Source: Candidatus Omnitrophota bacterium
Lineage (GTDB): Bacteria > Omnitrophota > Gorgyraeia > Gygaellales > Profunditerraquicolaceae
Assembly (NCBI GenBank): GCA_026387335.1
Contig: JAPLLX010000004.1
Span: 189,485 to 253,484 of the forward strand
Direction: 5' to 3'
DNA length: 64,000 nt
Position numbers and translations under genes: made by a program. Shown in pieces: positions 1-12,000 of the stretch; positions within the stretch are counted from its first letter, which is position 1, and each line of letters begins with the position of its first letter. Below the pieces are notes generated by a model that worked only from the letters and a program-made list of their open reading frames with translations, ran no database searches and was not told where the DNA came from.

Positions 1-3000
1 TTCTATTATATTTAATATTGCCATGTCAAGCGCCTTATTGGCCGAGCTGGAGGAAGATTCTTCTAAAGTTTCTTTAATGGAATTTAATGTCTGAATATAT
101 ATTCCGTCCACCTTCACCGGACTTGTATCTGAATGGAATAACCTTGCAAGCCCTCTATACATTGTCTTGATTGTCTTCTTACTCGCGTCAGGCTCAAGAC
201 CAAGCGCCTTTGATGCTTCAGCCTTTCGGGCTTCTGCTGAGAGCTTAGTTATCCCTAGAAAATCAAACTCCTCTAAATTCTTCTTTATGCGCGCCGTTTC
301 TGCTAATACCTCACTTGCCTGTTTTGTTATAGTAATAACCTCTATACCGTCAATAGTTTCTGTAATAGCTTCTCCGGATGCATACTTAACTAGTCTCCCT
401 TGACTATTATATGTTACATTAACCGAGCTGGAGGCGGCGGGACTGGAAGAAGTCCAGGTAAATTTGATAATTTTCAGCCCTAACGCAACTCTGATATTTT
501 CGATAGTCTCAAGATACTCACCGCCGGCTTGAACAAATATGTCCTGATAAATGCCATTATGGTCTTCTTCGGAAGTATGCTCCTTTAATAAATCCATAAA
601 CTTACCTAAGTATTTCTCTTCGCTTACTTTTTTACCGCGCCTTAATGCCTCGGCCTGGTTCCCGGCCCTTTCAAATATGCCTCTAAATTTATTGTGCTTT
701 TCTTTATGTTCATCCTTAAACACGAGAACTTCATCGGGAGAGACAATAATGCTTTGACGGTTGAGAGTACTGTACAAATCTTCTAAAGAAAGCTCTCCGT
801 TCGAGGTGTGAAAATGCAATAGAATGCTCCCCGGGATATTCTTAATAACAACGCCATCTTCCTCCCCTATAGCCCCAATCTTAAGGTGCCAGCCATCCTT
901 GCCTAAATAACAATAATCAGCGCCTAATTCCAGGTTGCGATTTACCCGGGCAATCTCCATTAAATATTTAACTAACGATTTAAAATCCTTGAAGACTTTA
1001 TCTTCTTTGGTGAATATCGCCGGGTCTGCCTTGCGTAATGCTTCAATAGTAGGCTGGATCCTCTCATGCCTGCCGTGTATGTGATATATGGCAGTAAACG
1101 CACTGATAACAAGCAAAGCGACTACAGTAACAATCTTGAGCCAATAAGTCTTGCTGGACTTTTTAATCGGGCTGGAGAAGACCGGACTGGAGCCAACCGT
1201 AAGGGACGGCTCTCTGACTGAACCGTCCCTGTTCTTAGTTGTGCGTGCCGTTGACTTTGTAGATGGGAACACATCCCCTTGCATCGCTAATCTTGACACG
1301 GATGAGCTCGCTCTTAACGCCGATGATCTCCTCCCAACTATCGGCACGGCCGTTGCGCGTGTAGATAGTTCCCATAACATCGTTAATGAGGAAGATCCTG
1401 AGATGACCGCTGGCGTTCTCACGAGCTGCGGCAAAAGTAGTGTGGTCCTTGGCGAAGTCAACAATGTGATCAATCCTAATATCATCAACATTGATAGGAC
1501 ACATGGTACACCTCCTTCTATTATTGTTGTAATGGCGGCAACAAGAGGGGTCAATCCCTGGAGGAGGGCTCCTGCGCCGCCATTAACAACAACATAGGCC
1601 GCAAGCTCTCCTGCCACGGAAAAAGCTAACGGCCGGGTTAAATTTATAAGATTATTTATATCGGAATTTGTAAAGGATAAGACGAGTAATAAGGAAATAA
1701 CTACTGCGGAATTGAGCAGTATAGCTATTAAGGCTGCACAAGGCGGAGAAAGCCCGTTGTAACCTTTGGCGTGATTACTGACTGGTTTGACGAATCTAGC
1801 TTCTAATAATCTTAATGAGGGAGTTTCGGTTCTATAATGCCCCTGTCCTCTAAGCTCATTTGAATAGCTCTTAAGCGACGAGCGGCTAATTCTTCCCTCA
1901 AATACTCTGATTCGATCCTTTTCATTTCTTCCTGAAATTTCAACATTAGGTTTCCCATTTTTCCCTCCTCCAATTATGACCCTGTACATTTGAATCAAGA
2001 AGTTGCTCACAGATGCAGCAATGCGGGCTAATGGAGGAGCGAGGGAAAGATTGGTGACGCCTACGCCGGTTTCTTTCGGCTGGGCTGTTATTGAAGCTTC
2101 TAACCTGAAATAGCTGCGGCCTTTTTCAAGGATATTCCTTAATGTGCCTAAGAATGAAGTGGTGACTAATTTGTTAATAGGCGAGCTGGATACTGTTACA
2201 GTTTCTATGGGTATGTTGGCAGAGACTGGTAATTCCCTGACCGGAGAAGAACCGCCATTTGCTTTACCAGGATTAATTTGATTGGCAAAGTTCGTTGCTT
2301 CAGATGTAATCTTTGAAGAACATCCAGCTATCTTAACCTCAATTTCGTATAATTTGTTATTCAACTCAAGGGCTTGCTTAATAAGAGCTGCTTTGGATTC
2401 TTCAGAGATTACTGCATTAGTTAATTGATCCTTAACCTCAAGGGAATACTTAATAAGTATGCCTTCAACTTTCTGATATGTGGCGAGCGCCTTAAAATAT
2501 TCTTCAGCGTCATATTCACTATTCCCTAAGATAAGTAAATCGTTAGCGGTAGAGAAAAGATCTTTGCTTGCTGTTGCATTCACAGGATCTTGTTTATTTT
2601 CTGCGGTTACTTCAGCCTGAACCCCTGCGTTATCTTTTGCAGAAACATGGCCTTTTTCATCCACTATCTTCTCATCTTTAATTCCTTCTACATTAGCCTT
2701 ATCCGCAGCTTCCGGAGTTTTCTTGGCATCCTCTGTAACTTTCTTCGTAACTGTTTCTTTTGCTAATCTATCTCTCTCTTCGGCTGCTTTACGTTCAGCT
2801 TCTTGCTGAGTAGCGAGTTTGGCTGCTTCTTCAGCTGCTTTGCGTACTTTTTCTGCCCTATGATTAAGATAAATCTTAACTGCTATGAGGCCGAGAATAA
2901 TAATTGCCACAATAGCAATAGCCCAGATCATCTTGGGGTTGGTAGTAAAATAGTCTAAAATTTTGCTTAAAATTGATTCTTCGCCTTTAGGGGCTTGGGG

Positions 3001-6000
3001 CGCAGGAGGAACGCCAGGAACTGTTAATATCTTAGAAACATCAATCTGCTGGCCGGCATTAATGTGATCCATCGCGCTATAGGACTGATTTGCGCCTTTA
3101 ACCTGTCTCCAAGTTTCAATTGCCCGGCCTTTTTCACCCCATAATTTCATGCCTGATTTGCCAAAATACTCTAATACTATATGGCCCCAGGTATCGCCTT
3201 TTCCTACGGTAAGAATATTATTCGCTGCGGTAGCGGCAAATGACTGGATAGGAAGAACTAGAGAGACAAATAGGAAAATTCCGGCTGTAAGATATGCGTT
3301 GCTTATATTAGAAAGGATGTTTTTAATATTTACTGCAGAGCTCGAGCTAAGAATAACTGTTGGAGGAGCAAGGCCACTGACTCTCTTTCTATCTTCACTA
3401 ATAATATTCAACCAATCTACTATTCCGTAAGCTTCGCTTGCTCCATTTGTGAGGTTAAAATTCGCAGCTTCCGGCCCTTCACCAAAGCCACCCTTACCTT
3501 TACCTGTACCTTTTGGACCAGCAGCTGCTCCGCCATTACCTGCCGCAGCACCAGTTCCAGTTCCACCCTGCGCTGATCCGCCGCCGCTGGAACCATTTAG
3601 CTCTTGAATATAACCAATGACACCAGAAACCTCATCCATTTCTTCTTTCTTAATTTCTCTAATATCTTTGTCATCTAAATTATTTTCTTTCTTATAATTT
3701 TCTACTGCAGAAACGTTGTTCCAATGAATTATGCTCACAATTTTTCCATTGTAAAGAGCTACGCTTTCTATAGAAACCGGTCTTGTCTCGGTAACTTCTC
3801 CTTTATTATTATATTCTGTAACCATCAAATCTCCATTGGCGTATTTCCCTCTAACAAGAAAAGCATGTCCACTTTGAACAACTATAAGATTCAAGTTACC
3901 CAGGGTATTAGAATCCATAGACTCTATAATCTTTGGAGATAATAAATAATACTGCAATCTACCTTTTGCAATCTGGTTTAATTCGTTCAATAATAAACCT
4001 CTTCCTAGCTTTCTTTCCGCCTCTTCTATTTCTGCTGCCAATACAGAATCTACGGTATAAAAACTTCCAGGTAAACAATCGGCTGGTTGAATACCTCTCT
4101 TTCCTTCTGCTATTCTCAAACGGCCATCAAAACCTTGAATAATACCTTCTACTGCGCGAAGAACGCTTTTATCTCCGTCATCGATTGCTTTCCTTAAATT
4201 TACAATTTCCTCCCCCTGGTCATTTACCTTAGTACTTAATCCCCTTACTTCTTCTTTTACTACACCTTGCATCTTAGAGAAAAATCCTGCTAACTCTTCT
4301 TTCGCTTTCTTATGAGTTCTTTCATTATTCTCTTCTAGTTCTTGTATTTCCTTGCGCACAATCTTCTGCACTGCTGCTACTATATTCCCGTTTGCAATTC
4401 CATTAAATAATTCGCGGATTATTTCTTCCGACAGGCCTTCTTGTAATTCCGGATGTAACTGCGCGGTTTTCACATAATTAGCAATAATACTTAAACCTAT
4501 TACGTATCTATTCGTTATATCTTCATCAGTAATGCTGTTCACTGTTGTATCCTCGAAATATGAATCATTAAACCATCTCATTAATACTGCTTTCAAGTGT
4601 GGGATATTATCTTCTACGTTCATAATTCCCTTAACCGCTGACCTTATTAAGCCATACATTTCACTTCTCGCTTTTTCAAAGTCGCGATCCTGTATTGCTC
4701 TAAGAACCGTGCCATAGGCGGTTGGGTCTTTTTGCCTTAAACCTTCCAGCATCATACGGTCATCCTTGTTATTGCGGAAATAATCCTGGCCTAACAAGCG
4801 ATTTAATAACTTAATTGCTTTTTCTAAATCTGTTATTGTACTATTATTTGCGGGAGAAGATGAGGTTTTGGTGGGAATTCCAGAGACAAAAACGCCGCTA
4901 TTGAGCGGACTTGAGGTTGCACGAATCGAACCACTGGTTTCTTTATTTGCACTCTGGGAACCTGCCAAACTCTTAAATTCATTTGCTTCAATTACGCCTA
5001 ATTTATACGCTCTGATGTCCTTGACACCAACAAACTTTGAGTCAGAGTTCGTCGGTGAGCTGGCAGGCGGCGCAACGCCGGTTCCGGTTCCAACAACTGG
5101 ATTAGGAGTAGCAATCGTATTGAATTGTATGACTTTACCGGCATAGAGTAGGCTTGCCGGGCTTAAATCTAAGGCTGTTAAGGCTCTGGTAACCGAACTG
5201 GAAGCGCCTACACCGCTAACCACAGTTCCAGCCACTGGCAAAGGCATTGGTGACCGCCTTTCTAAAGGCGAAGTAGTCTGATCTGGCTTCTGTCCACCCA
5301 ACATTCTTGCTACAGCCCCAAATAATCTATTTACAATCTTACCTATATACTCTAATGCCGCGCCGGTTTCTGCAATCGACGAAGAGACAATCCTTGCGCC
5401 GGTTAAAGCGCTCAATGCGCCGGCTAATATCTGCACTTTGGCATTAGGGCCGCTAATTGAACTTGATCCACCGGTATTATCGTTCACTGCGGCCTTCTCT
5501 TCCACTGGAGCAGCCGTATCCATCTGTTTCTTCATCTTTTCCAATAAATCATTCAGCTTTAAGTCTACTAGTGATTTTTCTTCAGTAACATCAGAATGAA
5601 TCTTGCCCAACAACTCACCTTTCTTAAATAGTTCTGTAATGTCATTTAAAACCTTATCCACTGTCTGCTCTGTCTTTAGAACTTTATTGGCATGCCCGGT
5701 AAATCCACCAAGGGTTGTGGATTCTGTCGCTAATAAATTCTGTCTTTCTGTATCTTCGGCAGAATTTAAAGAATTAATGAGGGCACGCATACTTAAGAAA
5801 CGCGTTAATCCTTCATTAACGCCTAACTCTGAAATGCTAAAGTCTGATTCACTGAGCTCTCTATTTTCAAGGGTGCCCATTTCGGCAAGCAAATTAGCGT
5901 AATTCTGTTGAGCTGTAACAGTGGCTTCCGCATCAATATCCCTACCGTTAGGGCTTAAAATAACGATATTACTGGGATTACTACCAATATTCTTTACGGC

Positions 6001-9000
6001 GATATGGAATGCCTCATGCGCGCCTCTGCCGAAATTATAATGGCCAGCGAGATTCAACCTAATAGAAAGCTTACCTTGGGCATCTTTCGTAATAACAAAA
6101 TTATCTACGCTATCAGCTTTTATTGTGTAATTCTTTTCTCCTACCGAAGGTTCATATACTTGGGCGCTTGTATTCTTAGTTTTATCCGGCCCACGCAAAA
6201 ATCCGGAAGGACCTATTTCAACCTGAACACCTTCATATCCCTTATCCTTGCCGTACCAATTGCTTCCCATTTCTTTTTCTACAGCAGTGCTTCCTTGTGC
6301 CTTAAATTCCTGCTCAGCAATAAAGGTTTGGGCTGGCTGTAATGCCCTAAAAACAAGATAGAGCGAAGCATCGTCAGTTAACCCGTTAAGTATTTTGAGG
6401 GAATTGTCTAAGCGGGCATCATCAGGATTCGCAGATTGAATATTATTAATGAATTCTAAGGCCTGCTGGCGGGTAAACAAGCTTGAACCATTGCCTAAAA
6501 GCCGGCTGGCTATATCCGGGCCTAATAAACGGAAGAATGCATTTTCATGCTCTTGAGGATTGATTAATATATCCTCAAATTTCACATTCTCCTGGCCTTG
6601 GGATGTTCTTTGAGCAACCAAAGCATTTTCAGCATCATTGAACCTTAAGCCGTACTCAAATTGAGGATTAATACCCAACTTTCTAAGCCCTGTATGAATA
6701 TCCTTACTATTAACTAAATTTTTGTTTTTGAGAGTCTCAACGACCAACGCATATTGAACAGTCTTACCTGAAGTACTGTTTAAAAGTTCACGGAAAGCGG
6801 CCGCGACATTTTCTATTTCTTTCGGTGGAAGGCCTAAACGCTGCGCTTCCTGCTGGGGATTATCAACAAAACGTCTTAATACGTCGCGCTTAACAACGCC
6901 CTGAGTCTGCATAAATGTATTCATTAAATCTGCTGCCTGACGGGTTGCCGCGTTTGTAGAGGTGGCAAATAACTGTCCGCGGGCCAAAGGATCAGAATTC
7001 AAGAATAAGTAGTCGGCTATGCTTAATCTCCCTAAAACCTTAGAAGATATCCCTGAAAGATTCAATTGCCTATAAGCTTCAACCTGTGTAGGCCCAAGCG
7101 GTAAAACTAACGGCATTAAATCTATTAAAGACTGCGTTTTGCCCATAGCCACAGCTACCTGCTGAAGGCCGCCCATGGTCCGCTTGTCTTTAAATATACT
7201 GCTATGGCGCTGGGCATTAAATTTAATCAACGCGCTTTCCAAAGAGCTATTGCCTTTTTGCAGATTGCGTGTTAAGAATTCTACGGGATTATCCAAGCCA
7301 AGCTGTAATCTCTCCACCTCTGTGGGTGTAAAAGCTGTGCCGGCTAATTTATCCGCAGCAAGCGAAGTTAATGTAGCAACTCTTACTATAGAATCTACCC
7401 CGCGATAAGGATTAGAAACATCAATATAACCTCTCTGGGCTAAATTTACAGCAAGATCGAATGATTGTTCAGGGGTGATCAATATGTCGGCTTCCGGCAA
7501 TGCTAATTCCGGTAAACCAATGCGATTTAAGAATACATTCACTTCTTTGCGTTCTCTTTCATCCCAAAGCTGCACTGTTTGCATAGCGAGATTAAGACCG
7601 CCTCTTCCAACCATATACCCGCCGCGCACAAACAAGGCTTGTGTCTCAGCAGGAAGATTATTGAACTTTTCCGCTAAAGCAGGCTGCCCCTTGGCAAAAT
7701 TCTCAAAAGTCACAGGGCCAAGTTCTTCGCTGGGTACGGCGGAAGGAACCCCTCTCTTTTCTCCGCGAACAGTAACTCCATACTCCATGTTAGCCGACGT
7801 AAATTTAGGATAATCCTTTCCTGTAAATTCTTTTGCAAAAATAGCTCTAACCTGTTCGGGAGTCAATTGTTTATAGGCTGGTTTACCCTCATATTCATTT
7901 TTTAACTCTGCGCGTAAGGCTTTTTCTATCTTTGAATACGCATCGCGAAAAAGAATAAATTCATCAACAATAGCCTTGGCTTTCATTTCCTGCGCAGTCT
8001 TTGGTTTTTCAGGATACAGTTCCCTTAAATCTCCCTGCCCCCATTGATCACGCAGGAATTTCATACCATGATCTCTTTCGGTATCCAAATGCTCAACAGT
8101 CAAATCTGCCTGTCCGCGGACATTTTGTAACTGGCGCACAGAATCATTGCCTTGTTCTAATCTATTTACTTGGGCAATTTTCTCCATTGCCTTTGGCCCA
8201 AGCAAAGAGCCAAGCAATAAATTAATCTTGAATTTCGCGTCCCTGATTAAATCTCTTTCTTTATGAAGAAGATCTTGTTTATCCGCCTGGTCTTGATTTT
8301 TACCAAAAAGCTTTTCTAATTCTTTTACGCCTTCCAGGCTCTTAACATCTACACCGCTTAAGTCGCGAACAATAAGAACACGGTCAACTGAATCAAAATC
8401 AGAACCGGAAACAGGCCTTAACCTGCGAGAACCCTGAAAAATCGGCAAAAGCTCGCTCTTGGAATCAGCAATAGCAACTAATACAGCCTTATCGGAAACG
8501 CCGTTTATATCAATACCGTATGTATTAGGACGGGATATTAATACTTTAACACCCTTTCCGGACGCAATTTGTTCTGTTACATATTCAATCGGGCTATTGT
8601 TTCTGCCGCTATTTTTAATTACTTCTGAAACTGGCTTTGCGTCCTTTAATTCTCTACCGACTTCTACCATTTGCCAAATTCCGCGCTGATCAAGAATAAA
8701 ACGGGTGTTATCTTTATAAAACGCGCTAAAATCTCCTATGGAAAGCTGAGAATCACCATGCTGCTCGCTCTTCTGCGTATCTACATAGATAGTTACATCT
8801 TTACCTTTATTAGATGTCTCTTTGCTGCCTAACTCAAAAATTGCGTTATTATTAACGTTATTCACCCCGACTACATTTAAATTTGCATCAAGGATTGGCT
8901 TACTCACTTCACCTACTGAATCCATGCCAAAAACTATTCTCATCGTATCCTTCTGCCGATCGGTCATTGCTCCGGCAAAAAGTACAGTAGCTACCGCGCC

Positions 9001-12000
9001 CATTTTTTCTGCTGTATCCAACATCTTCGCGAAAGAAACCATGGCATGGCCAGCTCCCTGAATCTCAACTTGTTCGTAATTAAGAGGAATTTCGACATTC
9101 TCTGGTCTTGATGTATCACGTACCCTGGCATTATGAATCACAACATCGGCAATAGCCTGTAAGCTGTTGGCAACGCGTAAATCATGCGCGCGGCCGCTGG
9201 GATTAAGCGGGATTATAACCCACTTATTACGTTCGGCATCAAAAGCAGTAAGTTTATCTAAGCCGGTAACTTCTGCTCTGGCCACCATAGACGCTTTCAA
9301 CGCAGCTACGAGACGCTCTCCTTCAGGAGTTTTCCTCAGTGCATCTAAATCCAATCTTTCTTGCTCTAATTTTTCTCCCGCGCTATACCTTAAAAATGCT
9401 TCGATTAACGCATCGTTACCGGCAGGATCAACTATAGTTTCTCCGTCTTTATCTCTGCTGCGGGTAATCTCGTATTTATCATCTAAACTTTTTAAGGAAA
9501 GTTCGCCATTAAGTGTTTCTGTTAAGAACTTGTGCGCCCTTTCAACTAAGGCTTTTTGAGAATCAAATTCTTCTTTGCTTATTTTGTCAAATCCATCGCT
9601 AATTTGAAGAGAAGGATTATCCAAATAATCCGTATTGGTAAGCACCGCTTTATCTAATAATTCTGTCAGGGCTTTATCGTGCGCGGATAATTGCTCTCTG
9701 GGCATTTCACGTAAACCCATTAGATACTGTAAATCGTGTTCGGATACAATAACCGCACTTTTATCCGCAAAATTTATAGCCGGTTGGTCGCTATCTTTAA
9801 CTCTCCAGCGGACTATACGGTCTGCATCTACAATTGATTTCGCGAAAGCATTTCCTTTCTCGGCTGCCCTTCTTACATCACCCATAGTTTTATCGTAAAC
9901 CTGATCAGCATGTGTATCGCTTTGCTCAACAACAACTAACATTTTTGCTTTAGGACCATAGGTACCGTTTTGTATAAGCCCTAACTCGGCAATAATACCG
10001 GCGGTACTCTTGCCTGCTGAAGGAGGAGCAAAAATTGATAAGACTAAAGGTTTAACAGAACCAGCGACATAGCGGGCTCCCAAAACCATTTTTTCAAGCA
10101 TATTAGCCTGATCTTTATCCTTAACTCCTCCATATATATTTATTACCGGGTCTGCAGCTACATTATAATAATCTGACTTTATGCGCGTTTCCGCAGCCCG
10201 CTTAATTTCAGGAGTAACTTCAAAACTATTAACCCTTCTGCCCAAGAAACCATCTCTATAAAATACCTTGCTACCTTCTTTAGCATAAGCAACCTGTCCT
10301 ACAATAAGAGAGTCAATCTTCCCTGTAGCTGTAACTTCTGCAGCTTTATCTACCGGAATTATACGCTCTGAGGCGCCTGGTTTCATCCAATCAGGACGAA
10401 CATTTGACTTAGCCTCTTCCGGAGAAATTATAGTAGCGCGGCCGCGCTTAGTGAGCATCTCTGTTATTCCGCCAAAAATAGAACGCTCGTTTTTACTCAT
10501 TACAGGCGCAGCTGCAGGAACCCTAAAGAATCCTGCCCACTGTATAAACTCACTTTCAGGTGTACTGAATACGGCGCGGTCTTTAGGTGTTAAACCATTA
10601 CCATCAATTAAATTGCTTAAGGAGGCTAAAGAATATTTACCTGTATTACCAAAATAATTTACGGATTCTTTTAATCCAGTAACTACGCCGGGCATAAAAA
10701 CGCCTAAAGACCACGCATGATTTAAGGTTTCATTGGAGAACGGCTTTTGAATACTTAACGCTGCATTCTCACTTATCGAAAGTTTTTCAGAAGCCCTTGT
10801 TTGTAGAATACCTATCGCGGGAGCCATCCAGACACCAGAACGCGGGCCATAAACAAAACTGGATAATAATTCTGTCTGTCCTTGCTTAGAAGAGAATAAA
10901 TCTACATACTCACCTTTTACAATATTATTACTCGCATCTCTCTTCTCTATGGCAAACCAGGGCACGGATGGTTTCCCGTCTATGGCATGCTCCATATTAA
11001 CAAGGGCGCCACGCCATAAAGCGCCACTGACAGTAAATGACGGGCTAACATATAACCATGTTAAAGCGCCTCTGACAGAAGAATTAAATAACTTGGTCGG
11101 AACGGAATACAGAGCCTGTAAAGAAAAATCGCGTTCAGCCATATACCCGGCTCTTGAGGTAGGAGAAAATATATTCTTGGTTGTTCCCAGATAAGAAGCA
11201 GCTAACGTGCCAATTGCCGCTCCACCAAAGACACTTGCTACGGCCTGTCCAAAAGTATAATTATTTCCAGACCTATACGCGTCTAAAGAATCATGGGTAA
11301 GCTTAATCCCTGCTCCGGTAATAGCCCCATACTCTGCCCTCGCCAAATTTAAACCTGCTGGCGTAGCAGCGGGAAGACCTTTTATTCCTAACCCGATCAG
11401 GCCTCCGGTAAGCACATTAACCCAAGTATAGCTACTCTGAATATTATCTAAGAGATAACCTTCCCCAGACATTGTTTTTAGCCCAGTGGAAAGTAACGGT
11501 AGGCTGACTGCTCCTAAGGCAAAAGAGGTACCATAACGGACTATACTGCTTTCAGTATTAATTCTAAGCGCTGTACTCAAATTATTAATAGTATTTTTTA
11601 TAATTCCGCCATTAGCTACTAACGCGCCTGCGCCAGTCAAAGCTAAACCAAACGCAGCGCCATCACGCAAACCTTCTCCGTAGATACCAAGCCCTTCTCC
11701 AAAACTTAATGCCCTTGCCGTACCGGTTTCATTTAATCCCACAAGATTACCAATAACAGCAGTAGTTAGATTTATCTGGCCCCATAGAGGAGCTTGAGTT
11801 CCCATCGCATATCCAACCTTGGCTAAAAATGGACTGGCCAAAGTAGCCCCTTCGACAATCAAAGATGAGAGAACCTTTGACGCTACAGGAGTAGCTAATC
11901 CAGCAATGGCAAGCAAAGCATTTGTTTCTCGCGGTAGAAATTCACCAGTTGTGCACAGAGAAACAACGTTTGGTACTACTAAGGTAACTACTTCGGAAAT

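Noticed and set aside
1235-1504. Minus-strand 89-aa ORF with a strong GGAGGTG RBS inside the giant gene
   Set aside because: It is in a different phase, closed upstream by TAA at 1583-1585, and fully overlaps the open giant-gene frame. This is most likely a chance ORF. An RBS-like site is expected by chance in 19 kb.
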